Below, one piece after another: positions 1 through 8,646 of a stretch of 64,000 bases of DNA. The DNA lies in contig JAJZIH010000010.1 of NCBI GenBank assembly GCA_021810635.1, positions 5,098 through 69,097 of the forward strand, written 5' to 3'. The position numbers were made by a program, and so were the translations under genes. Each line of letters begins with the position of its first letter. Within the stretch, counting starts at the first letter, position 1. Source of the stretch: Pseudomonadota bacterium. Its GTDB lineage: Bacteria > Pseudomonadota > Gammaproteobacteria > JAKAQQ01. The notes below the pieces were generated by a model. The model made no database searches. It saw nothing but the letters and a program-made list of their open reading frames with translations, and was not told the DNA's origin.

Positions 1-757
1 ACACCGGGCGATTACCAAACCATTGCCACCCAAGGAAATTGCCAATCTTTTCCTTTCCCAATGGGTCACGCGGTATGACCGGATCCTGGTGTTGACGGTC
101 GCCTCGACCCGCAGCGAGATCTACAAGAATACGAGCGAGGCGTCCTATACGATCCTCCGGGAATACAAGAAAATCCGGGCGGCAGCCGGCATTGCGGAAC
201 CTTTTCTGATGCGTGTGTTTGACACGCATACCCTGTTCACCGGTCAGGCCACGATGGTGTTTGAAGCCTTGCGCCTGCGGGATGTCGGCCGCCAGGGTTT
301 CGATGCCATCCGCCGCCAGCTTGAAGTGATCCAGCCCAAGGTCCGGACCTACCTCTTGCCCCAGGATGTCTATTACGTCCATAACCGGGCCCGGTTACGG
401 GGAGAGGAGAGCGTCGGCTGGCTCACCTTACAGGTTGGCAACTTTCTCAATGTCAAGCCGGTGATCCAGATGGTTCATGGGGAGACGGAAATCGTGGCCA
501 AGGTCAGGAAATTTGAAGGAGGGCTCGAGTGGCTGTTCCAGAAGGTCCGGAACGACATCGGGCAGGGGCTTCCCGTCAAGATGGTGTGCATGAGCTATGG
601 GGGGGATCTCGAGGAAATCAAAAGCGAGCCCCGGTATCAGGAGTTCGTTGCCTTTGCCCATCAGAACAAAATCGCAACCTCACTGGCCCTGATGAGCATT
701 ACGGCGGGAATCTACGTGGGCCGGGGCGGGTTTTCGCTTTCGTACGTGGCACCGTGA
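1..757 (+). CDS. DegV family fatty-acid-binding protein, 5' end outside the window
   Basis: DegV-like segments (FDTHTLFTGQ, GNFLNVKPVI, C-terminal ITAGIYVGRG); frame is open from the window edge. Confidence 0.75.
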   Translation, partial: HRAITKPLPPKEIANLFLSQWVTRYDRILVLTVASTRSEIYKNTSEASYTILREYKKIRAAAGIAEPFLMRVFDTHTLFTGQATMVFEALRLRDVGRQGFDAIRRQLEVIQPKVRTYLLPQDVYYVHNRARLRGEESVGWLTLQVGNFLNVKPVIQMVHGETEIVAKVRKFEGGLEWLFQKVRNDIGQGLPVKMVCMSYGGDLEEIKSEPRYQEFVAFAHQNKIATSLALMSITAGIYVGRGGFSLSYVAP

Positions 758-1002
758 AGTGGTGGAGTCTCGCCTGGCCGGAAGTGCTTCTCGCCCGATG
801 GAGTGATTGCTCTGTAGATTAGGCCATCGATCTGCAGAGCGACAGACGACCATCACTCGCCGACAAGAACAATCCTGGTCAGCTATTCGATATGGCTACA
901 TTCTGCATCCCGAAACGCTGGAAAACTCTCATTGAAACCTGAAATTCAAGGGTTTTTAGCAATCCGAGCGCAGATTAGGCGGGAAGAACTTCAGCCTCAT
1001 GC

Positions 1003-1848
1003 CTAATGCAAGGAGATTCCATGGAGGATGAGGGCAGCGGTTCCGGCCAGGATGCAATAGAGGGCAAAGGGCCTGAGCGCGGTGACTTCCCGCTTTCGGA
1101 AGTAGCGCATGAGGAACCAGGTGCTGAACCAGGCACAGGCACCCGCCAAGACTCCGGCCACCAGAATGCTGCCGAGCAGGTGTCCCGCTCCGGTATGGGA
1201 TAAAAACAGCTTCGGAATTTCGAGGAGCCCGGCGGCCGCAATAATCGGGGTCGCGAGCAGGAAGGAGAAGCGGGCGGAAGCTTCGTAGTTCAATCCGGTG
1301 GCGAGTCCGGAAACCAGGGTGGCGCCCGACCGGGAGATTCCGGGAAGGAGGGCCGTGGCCTGGGCCAGACCAATGAAAAGGGCTTGCCGAAGAGTGAGAT
1401 CGTCCAATTCTTGCTTTGCGGTGCGCCTTTTCAGCCGATCCCCCAACCCGAGGATCACGCCGTTGATGATGAGGAAAATCGCTGCGACGACGAAACCCGC
1501 GAACAAGCTACGAACCCATTTTTCCAAGGCCAGCCCCAGAAGCCCGGCCGGAACGGTCCCGATGACGAGGCGCCAAAACAGGCGAGTTTCCGGTTCGAGA
1601 GGCTGCCCCCGGGTCCGCACCAGGCTTTTCAGGATGCTCCACCAGTCCCTCCAGAAGTAAAGCAGGAGAGCCGTTGCCGTTCCGACATGAAGGACCACGA
1701 TGAACGGGAGAAACCAGGGGGCGGCGCGGTTGATTTCAAGGTGCAGGAGGGCCGGGACCAGAATGCTGTGGCCCAGGCTGGATACGGGGAAAAGTTCGGT
1801 GAAGCCCTGGAGAATCGCCAGCAGAAATAATGGGCTCACCATCATCAA
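1003..1848 (-). CDS. uppP: Undecaprenyl-diphosphate phosphatase
   Basis: LQGFTELFPVSSLGH and PGISRSGAT signature motifs; multiple TM segments; 4-nt overlap with the upstream ALDH. Confidence 0.95.
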   Translation of the reverse strand: MMMVSPLFLLAILQGFTELFPVSSLGHSILVPALLHLEINRAAPWFLPFIVVLHVGTATALLLYFWRDWWSILKSLVRTRGQPLEPETRLFWRLVIGTVPAGLLGLALEKWVRSLFAGFVVAAIFLIINGVILGLGDRLKRRTAKQELDDLTLRQALFIGLAQATALLPGISRSGATLVSGLATGLNYEASARFSFLLATPIIAAAGLLEIPKLFLSHTGAGHLLGSILVAGVLAGACAWFSTWFLMRYFRKREVTALRPFALYCILAGTAALILHGISLH

Positions 1849-3437
1849 TCCGGCTGATTCCTGTCTACACGGAACCGGATCCCCTGGGCCAGGGGAAGTT
1901 CGCGGCTCCAGTTGATGGTATTGGTCTGGCGTCGCATGTAGTTTTTCCAGGCATCCGTTCCGGCCTCTCGTCCGCCCCCTGTTTCCTTCTCACCGCCGAA
2001 AGCGCCGCCGATTTCCGCCCCCGAAGTGCCGATGTTGATATTGGCAATTCCGCAATCGCTGCCCCGAGATGACAGGAATAGCTCGGCCCGGCGAAGATTC
2101 GTCGTGAACAGCGCCGAGGACAGACCTTGTGGAACGGCATTCTGGAGCCGGATGGCCTCTTCGAACTGGCGGAACGTCAGGACATAGAGGATCGGGGCAA
2201 AGGTTTCGCGACGGACCAAAGGCCAGTCCGGGGAAGCCTCAACTAGAGTCGGTTCGACAAAATGGCCGGGGCCCTCGATCCGGCGCCCCCCGTACAGGAT
2301 CTTGGCACCCAGCCGCTTGAGCTCTTCGATGACCGCCAGATATCGTTCCACTGCCGGCTCGTCGATCAGGGGCCCCATGAGGGTTGCGGGATCCAGGGGA
2401 TGGCCGATGCGGATCTGGCGGTAGGCCAGAACCAGCCGGTCGAGGAGGGGTTTCGCGATCTCTTCCGCGACAATCAGGCGCCGCGTCGTCGTGCACCGCT
2501 GGCCGGCGGTACCGACGGCCCCAAAGACGATTGAAGGTACGGCCAAATCGAGATCGGCCGTTTCATCGACTAAAACGGCATTGTTACCGCCGAGCTCCAT
2601 AAGCGACCGGCCCAGCTGGGCCGCACGGATTTCGGAAACCTTCCGCCCGACCGCTGTGGATCCGGTAAACGACAGGAGCCCAAGGCGCGGATCCGCACAA
2701 AACCGTTCAGCCAGACGGTTTTCATGATCAATCATCAGACTGGAGAACTGGGGAAACTGGTTTTTGGAAAGGACATCAATCACGATTTTCTGCACCGCAA
2801 TCGCCGAGAGCATGCCTTTCGGAGATGGCTTCCAGATCACGGTATTGCCGCAGATGGCCGCGAGGAATGCATTCCAAGAGTAGACGGCCACCGGGAAGTT
2901 GAATGCGGTGACGATTCCCACGACGCCCAGAGGATGCCACTGTTCCATCATGCGGTGCTCGGGCCGCTCCGAAACCAGGGTTCGCCCGTACAGCATGCGT
3001 GACTGCCCAAGCGAAAAATCGGCCATGTCGATCATCTCCTGGACTTCGCCGCTCCCTTCGGCTTTGATCTTGCCGACCTCAAGGCTGACCAGGCTGCCCA
3101 GCGCCTCCTTGTGCGTGCGCAGGGCCTCACCGATGAGGCGGATGGCCTCTCCTCGGCGGGGAGCCGGGATGGACCGCCATTTTTCGCCGATGGCCCGGCT
3201 TTCTTCCAGAAGGCGTTCATAATCATCCGGGTCCGTGGGCTCGACCTGGGCGATGATCTCGCCGGTGGCCGGGTTGTGGACCGGGAGGGTGAGGGATCCG
3301 GCACCGGGGAGCCATCCGCTGCGACTGGCAAAGGTGCCCTGGATGACTTGCCCAGGGGAGAGATGGAGTTCTGAGAAAACCTGTCGGACCAGCGGATCCA
3401 TGGGGGCTCCTGGTGACGGGGGAACCGTTTTAGCCAT
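1845..3437 (-). CDS. ALDH7-family aldehyde dehydrogenase (piperideine-6-carboxylate / aminoadipate-semialdehyde dehydrogenase)
   Basis: TAFNFPVAV, MELGGNN, GTAGQRCTT, GAEIGGAFGGEKETGGGRE and C-terminal LPLAQGI, typical of ALDH7/Pcd; ATG at 3437 overlaps the upstream stop. Confidence 0.92.
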   Translation of the reverse strand: MAKTVPPSPGAPMDPLVRQVFSELHLSPGQVIQGTFASRSGWLPGAGSLTLPVHNPATGEIIAQVEPTDPDDYERLLEESRAIGEKWRSIPAPRRGEAIRLIGEALRTHKEALGSLVSLEVGKIKAEGSGEVQEMIDMADFSLGQSRMLYGRTLVSERPEHRMMEQWHPLGVVGIVTAFNFPVAVYSWNAFLAAICGNTVIWKPSPKGMLSAIAVQKIVIDVLSKNQFPQFSSLMIDHENRLAERFCADPRLGLLSFTGSTAVGRKVSEIRAAQLGRSLMELGGNNAVLVDETADLDLAVPSIVFGAVGTAGQRCTTTRRLIVAEEIAKPLLDRLVLAYRQIRIGHPLDPATLMGPLIDEPAVERYLAVIEELKRLGAKILYGGRRIEGPGHFVEPTLVEASPDWPLVRRETFAPILYVLTFRQFEEAIRLQNAVPQGLSSALFTTNLRRAELFLSSRGSDCGIANINIGTSGAEIGGAFGGEKETGGGREAGTDAWKNYMRRQTNTINWSRELPLAQGIRFRVDRNQPD

Positions 3438-4539
3438 GCGCAGGGGGCCTCTGGCCCTGCCGGTAATAAGCGCCAAACCGGTTTTTCAGGAATTCTTCCA
3501 GTGAAAAATGTTCCTGAAGGACCAGTCCCCGGTGGTCCGAGGCCATGACCAGGTCAATGACCGCGCAAATGCCGGCCGCCGTGGTGATCTGAATCGCGGA
3601 CCACAGCTGATCGCCCACGCGATCCGGATAGATGGAGTTGACATAGGTTTCCTCGTAGAAGGCATCCCCGCGGTAGCCGGTGACATTGACGTAGATCAGC
3701 ACCACGTCCTGTTCGGTCCGCGGGATGGCTTTTTCCAAAATCGACTTGAGGATCGCGCGGTCGTGGTTTAGCCCGAGGTCGTTCATGAGGAAACGGACCA
3801 GTTCACAGTGCCCGGGGTAGCGGATGGTTTTGTAGGTCAGTGCATTAATCTTTCCACGGTAGGTCTGCGACAGCGAGCCCAGACCACCCGAGGTGTTGAA
3901 GGCTTCATAACGGCGTCCCTCGAGCTCAATGCTCTCGATGCCTTCCAGCGGAAGCAGGGCGCTTTCCCTCCCGTCGATGATCCCCCGGCAGCCGTTCCCA
4001 TATTCATTGATCAGACCATCAGACGACCAGGTGAGGGCGTATTTCAGCGTGTTGGAGGGGAATTGGGGCAGAGCACCGACGCGGAGCTTGGCCTCCTCGA
4101 GCCGGTCGAAATGGGACATGAGGTCGTTGGCCACAATGCTGATGAAGCCCGGGGCCAGCCCACACTGGGGGACGAATGCCGAGGTCGCGCCCTGGCTGAT
4201 CTCCATCACCGCGTCGGTTACGGAAACGTCCTCGGTCAGGTCAAAGTAGTGGCAGCCGAGTTGCCGGGCCGCTCTCGCCACATTGACGTTGCAGTAAAAC
4301 GGAAGGCTCGAGACCAGAGCGGAAACCTTGAGTCGGGCCGCGGTTTCAGCCACGGACTTGGCCTGTGTGGCGTCCAGCACCAGGGGATGGATGGCGTATC
4401 CCGGGAATGTTGCGGCCGCGCGCTGGGCAGCCGGTTCATCCTGGTCGGCCAGGTGAACCTGATACTCCCCCGAGCGGACCAGCAACCCCGCCAATAGCGC
4501 GCCGATTTTGCCGGCCCCCAATACCAGTACATTTTTCAT
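3430..4539 (-). CDS. Saccharopine dehydrogenase-family protein (probable lysine 6-dehydrogenase)
   Basis: GAGKIG Rossmann motif, YFDLTED, QCGLAPG, YKTIRYPGH; coupled to ALDH7. Confidence 0.88.
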   Translation of the reverse strand: MKNVLVLGAGKIGALLAGLLVRSGEYQVHLADQDEPAAQRAAATFPGYAIHPLVLDATQAKSVAETAARLKVSALVSSLPFYCNVNVARAARQLGCHYFDLTEDVSVTDAVMEISQGATSAFVPQCGLAPGFISIVANDLMSHFDRLEEAKLRVGALPQFPSNTLKYALTWSSDGLINEYGNGCRGIIDGRESALLPLEGIESIELEGRRYEAFNTSGGLGSLSQTYRGKINALTYKTIRYPGHCELVRFLMNDLGLNHDRAILKSILEKAIPRTEQDVVLIYVNVTGYRGDAFYEETYVNSIYPDRVGDQLWSAIQITTAAGICAVIDLVMASDHRGLVLQEHFSLEEFLKNRFGAYYRQGQRPPAHG

Positions 4540-4815
4540 GGTTTGACCCCATCGTTGATGCCAACAGGCCTCCGCCCAGCCAGACGGCGGATCAACATCC
4601 AGACAGGAATCCGCCTTGATGGGGCAGGTCCTGAACTCCGTGGCTTACTTGTAATTCTGCCAGTCTTTCTCTACGATTCCAAGTCACTCCAGTGCCCCAG
4701 GTCAAATAAGGGGGCCATGGACTGATCTCAGAGATTGCCAGGACGGCGCTCCCGATACGATGGGATGCCGTTCCTCGCGCCACCGGTCAGCAGAGACCGA
4801 GGAGATGCAAAAATC

Positions 4816-5205
4816 ATGAAAACTGAAACTTTGATGCTCGGATTGTCGGTTTTGTTGGGCATCCTGCAAGTCCTGGTTCCCACGCTGGGTCCTGTTTCGG
4901 ACCGTGGACTGCGTTGGGCGCTGGGTCCACGGGACACCATCTACCCGCCGGCGGCCGGGGTCTGGGGCCGCCTGGATCGGGCTTTGCGCAATTTTCTCGA
5001 GACTTTCCCCTTGTTTGCCGCCAGTCTGCTGGCGGTTCTCGCCATTGGCCGGACCAATGCGTTGACCGTCCTCGGCGCTGAGTTGTATTTCTGGGCACGT
5101 TTGTTTTATGTGCCGGTTTATGCCATGGGAATACCCGTTCTGCGTACGCTTCTGTGGCTGGTCTCCATCGTTGGGATCCTGTTCTTGGTTGCAGCCCTCC
5201 TCTAG
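4816..5205 (+). CDS. MAPEG family membrane protein
   Basis: Four hydrophobic segments; RLDRALRNFLETFPLF and YFWARLFYVPVY motifs; GGAG SD upstream. Confidence 0.85.
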   Translation: MKTETLMLGLSVLLGILQVLVPTLGPVSDRGLRWALGPRDTIYPPAAGVWGRLDRALRNFLETFPLFAASLLAVLAIGRTNALTVLGAELYFWARLFYVPVYAMGIPVLRTLLWLVSIVGILFLVAALL

Positions 5206-5291
5206 CCTATAGCGCGCCTGTCTGTCGGTCACTTGGGAGCGGTCTCATCAGGGAGCGGTACCGCTTGTTGTTTTAAAAGCCCGTTGGATAT

Positions 5292-5310
5292 AGACTAGAC
5301 TGTCTAGTCT
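5292..5310. promoter_or_regulatory. Perfect palindrome AGACTAGAC-T-GTCTAGTCT, probable TetR operator
   Basis: 9-1-9 perfect inverted repeat about 65 nt upstream of the tetR gene heading the efflux operon. Confidence 0.7.
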
Positions 5311-5375
5311 TTGATTCGGCCGGGTTCGTCTTGAGCCCAACATGACCTGGCAATCCATCGAGGATCCTTCCACCC

Positions 5376-6020
5376 GTGAGTCCGGAGTGCGCCAAAAGAC
5401 CAGCGATCCTTGAGCGGGAAACTCTCATTTTGAGCGCAGCACGGCGTGTTTTCCTGGAACTGGGCTTTGTCAGTGCCACCATGGATGCCATCGCAGACAT
5501 GGCTGGAGTTTCCAAGCAAACCGTCTACAACCACTTTGGCTCAAAGGAGGAACTCTTTGCTTCCATGGTCAGGTCCGGTTGCAAGGAGATTCTGACTGTG
5601 CTCCAGATGGGCGCGGACCGGGGAGACCCGGAGCAGACGCTGCGCAGCATGGGACGGCGATTTTTGGAAATGGCACTTCAGCCGGAAAAGCTTGCATTGC
5701 GCCGGGTCCTTCTGGGTGAGATTGCCCAGTTCCCGGAGCTCGGCCAGATCTATTACCGTTCCGGACCGGCGTTTTTGCGAGGCCAGCTGGCCGAATACCT
5801 AGAAAAACAGGATCGGAACGGTTTTCTCGTGGTGGCGGATCCCCAGCTGATGGCCGACCAGTTCGTCGGCATGCTGTCCGTGTGCCTGATGAAGGCTGAA
5901 CTCGGCATCAAACCGGAAATGAACCCGGACGAGCGCGAGCGCTATATCGACCACGCGGTGGGTCTCGTGATGAGTGTCACTCGGCCGGGAACCGCCACCC
6001 TGCCTGGGAAACCGGGCTGA
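5376..6020 (+). CDS. TetR/AcrR family transcriptional regulator
   Basis: HTH ATMDAIADMAGVSKQTVYNHFGSKEELF. Confidence 0.95.
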   Translation: MSPECAKRPAILERETLILSAARRVFLELGFVSATMDAIADMAGVSKQTVYNHFGSKEELFASMVRSGCKEILTVLQMGADRGDPEQTLRSMGRRFLEMALQPEKLALRRVLLGEIAQFPELGQIYYRSGPAFLRGQLAEYLEKQDRNGFLVVADPQLMADQFVGMLSVCLMKAELGIKPEMNPDERERYIDHAVGLVMSVTRPGTATLPGKPG

Positions 6021-6025
6021 ACCGG

Positions 6026-7531
6026 ATGTCTCGAGTGCGCTCATTCTGGTGGATTTTGGGGATCGGGGGATTGTTGCTCCTGTCCGGTTGCACGATCGGT
6101 CCCCGGTTCCATCGGCCACCCCCGCCACCGGTGAGCCGGTATACCGCAGGCGCCACTCCTGCCGGAAGCCGGAACTATCCGGGAGTTGCCCGTCAGTCCT
6201 TCATCAAAGGAAAACCGGCCGGATCCCGGTGGTGGCGACATTTCCGAAACGCCCGGCTCAATGACCTAGTGGCGGACGCTCTACGGAACAATCCGGGGCT
6301 GCATTCCGCGACTGCCGTTTTGGCGGAGGCCCATTATGCCTTGCGTGCCGACCAGGGGATTTTCTTTCCCCAGGTTTCGCTGGGGCTCAGCGGAGAGAGA
6401 AATCGTGGCTCGGGAGCCACTTCCGGCGGGGTTTTCAGCCCCCCGCTTTTCGACCTGTACAACGGGGGGGTGTCGGTCAGTTATTACCCGGATATTTTCG
6501 GCCTCAATCGTCTTCTGACCAATCAGGCCAGGGCGCAGGAAGCGTTGGCCCGTGATGAACTGGATGCGGCGCGACTGACGCTTGAGGGTAACGTTCTGGA
6601 TACGTATTTCGACTGGGTCGCCCTGAACAGCGAAATCCGTGCACAGGAAAAAAGCATCTCGGACCAGCATCGGCTCCTATCCTTGGTCCAGAAAAGTTAC
6701 CGGTTGGGCGCCGACTCCCTGCTGGACGTCGAGAATCAGAAGAGCGCCCTGGCGACGGCCGAGGCCGTCCTGCCACCACTCGAAACCGACCGGGCCGACG
6801 AGGCGCACTTGCTGGCCATTTACCTCGGCCGGTTTCCGGCACAACTCCAGCACCTCCCGATGACCGGTTTCAGCGCGATTCACCTCCCCGGCCACCTGCC
6901 CCTGACGCTGCCCTCCCGTCTGGTCCTGGCCCGTCCTGACATCCGCGCCGCCGAGGCCCAGCTCGTTGCGGCGAATGCAGCGGTTGGACAGGCGGTGGCT
7001 CGCATGTATCCGCTGATCCAGTTAACCGCTAGCGCGGGAGTGGAAAGCAACTCCTGGTCCGATCTCTTCCTGTCGGCGAGCCGGATCTGGAACGTGGCCG
7101 CCACTCTCACGCTTCCGATATTCGAGGGGGGGACACTCGTTGCTGAAAAGAATGAAGCCGAGGCGTCCTACCAGTCCATTTTTGCGAACTACCAGTCAAC
7201 CGTTCTCAATGCCTTTGGCGAGGTCGCCAACGTGCTGCGCGCCCTGGAACATGATTCAAGCACCGACGATGCCGACCGGCGGGCACTCTTGGCGGCCCGG
7301 CGGGCTTTTTCCCTCGTCCGTGTGGAATATGCAGCGGGAGCGGTTGACTACCTCAGCGTGCTGACCACGGAAACCCAACTGGAACAGGCTCGAATTGCCG
7401 AAATCAGCGCGCATCTGCAGCGTTATGCCGATACGGTCGCCCTTTATGTCGCACTGGGCGGCGGTGGGCTGTCCGATCGCCGCGCCCCGTCTTCACTCGC
7501 AACCCACACCGTTCCGAGAGACACCCCATGA
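6026..7531 (+). CDS. RND efflux outer membrane lipoprotein (NodT/OprM family)
   Basis: Lipobox LLSGC; LVLARPDIRAAEAQL; LYVALGGG C-terminus. Confidence 0.93.
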   Translation: MSRVRSFWWILGIGGLLLLSGCTIGPRFHRPPPPPVSRYTAGATPAGSRNYPGVARQSFIKGKPAGSRWWRHFRNARLNDLVADALRNNPGLHSATAVLAEAHYALRADQGIFFPQVSLGLSGERNRGSGATSGGVFSPPLFDLYNGGVSVSYYPDIFGLNRLLTNQARAQEALARDELDAARLTLEGNVLDTYFDWVALNSEIRAQEKSISDQHRLLSLVQKSYRLGADSLLDVENQKSALATAEAVLPPLETDRADEAHLLAIYLGRFPAQLQHLPMTGFSAIHLPGHLPLTLPSRLVLARPDIRAAEAQLVAANAAVGQAVARMYPLIQLTASAGVESNSWSDLFLSASRIWNVAATLTLPIFEGGTLVAEKNEAEASYQSIFANYQSTVLNAFGEVANVLRALEHDSSTDDADRRALLAARRAFSLVRVEYAAGAVDYLSVLTTETQLEQARIAEISAHLQRYADTVALYVALGGGGLSDRRAPSSLATHTVPRDTP

Positions 7532-8631
7532 TCAAGTCAAAGAAAAGGATTCTTGTGCGCACCGGGATCGTGGTCCTGGTTGCTTTGGTCCTGCTCTTGG
7601 GGATCAAGTTTTGGCTCGGTTACGAGCAATACCAGGCAATGGCCCGGCGCGGACCCATGCCGGTCAGTGTGACCGTGGCTTCCGTCAGTTCCATGTCCTG
7701 GCGAACCGAGTTTCATGCCGTGGCGGATCTCCTGGCGGTTTCCGGGGTCGAACTCACACCCCAGCTTTCCGGAGAGATTACGTCCCTTGATTTTCATTCC
7801 GGGGAATATGTGCATCGGGGCCAGTTGCTGCTGGAAATCGACAATTCAAACCAGCTGGCCCAGCTGGCCAGCGACCACGCGGCCCAACAACTCGCGGAAG
7901 TGAATTATCGAAGGGATCAGCGCCTGTACCAGGCAAAGGCGGTCAGCCGCTCGGTCCTGGATACCGCGATCGCCGACCGAAACAGCGCGCGAGCCGCCGT
8001 GGCCAATGACGAGGCCACCCTGCGAAAACTAGCCTTTCGGGCTCCGTTCTCAGGCTGGATTGGCGTTCGAGACGTCAGTCTGGGACAGTACCTGACGCCC
8101 AGCACCACGATTGCAGCACTGAACGTCTGGAATCCGCTGAGGGTCCAGTTTACGGTTCCGCAAAACCAGATGCCGCTGCTTCACCCGGGTCAAACCGTCC
8201 GGCTGACCGTCGATTCATATCCGGATCAGGTTTTCAAGGCCCGGGTGATTGCCCTGAGTTCCCGGGTTAATCCGGCCACCCGCAATATCACCGTGGATGC
8301 GGATCTGGCGAACGCACACGATCTTTTGCGCCCCGGCATGTTTGGAGAGGTGACGATCCGCCTGGGGAAACCCCAGATGCGGCTCGTGGTTCCGCGTGAG
8401 GCGATCACGTACAGTACGTTTGGCGACTACGTCTACGTCATCCACCACCGGAAGTTCCCGGACGGCCAGCGGCTGCCCGTGGCCATTGCAACCTCGGTCC
8501 GGACCGGTGCCACACGGGGTGTCCGGACTTCGGTCCTCAGCGGACTGAAACTGGGAGAGCAGGTCGTCGTGGCTGGACAAGTCAAGCTGAGAAGCGGAAT
8601 GCCGGTCGTTTTCCATCCGGCTTCGCACTGA
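7528..8631 (+). CDS. RND efflux periplasmic adaptor (MFP)
   Basis: N-terminal TM segment, RAPFSGWIG, LLRPGMFG, SGLKLGEQVV. Confidence 0.93.
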   Translation: MIKSKKRILVRTGIVVLVALVLLLGIKFWLGYEQYQAMARRGPMPVSVTVASVSSMSWRTEFHAVADLLAVSGVELTPQLSGEITSLDFHSGEYVHRGQLLLEIDNSNQLAQLASDHAAQQLAEVNYRRDQRLYQAKAVSRSVLDTAIADRNSARAAVANDEATLRKLAFRAPFSGWIGVRDVSLGQYLTPSTTIAALNVWNPLRVQFTVPQNQMPLLHPGQTVRLTVDSYPDQVFKARVIALSSRVNPATRNITVDADLANAHDLLRPGMFGEVTIRLGKPQMRLVVPREAITYSTFGDYVYVIHHRKFPDGQRLPVAIATSVRTGATRGVRTSVLSGLKLGEQVVVAGQVKLRSGMPVVFHPASH

Positions 8632-8646
8632 CCCCGAGGAGCGCCT

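Noticed and set aside
795-860. Hairpin GCTCTGTAGAT..ATCTGCAGAGC between convergent DegV and uppP, considered as attC or ncRNA
   Set aside because: No RYYYAAC/GTTRRRY boxes and no integrase; probably just a terminator-like stem
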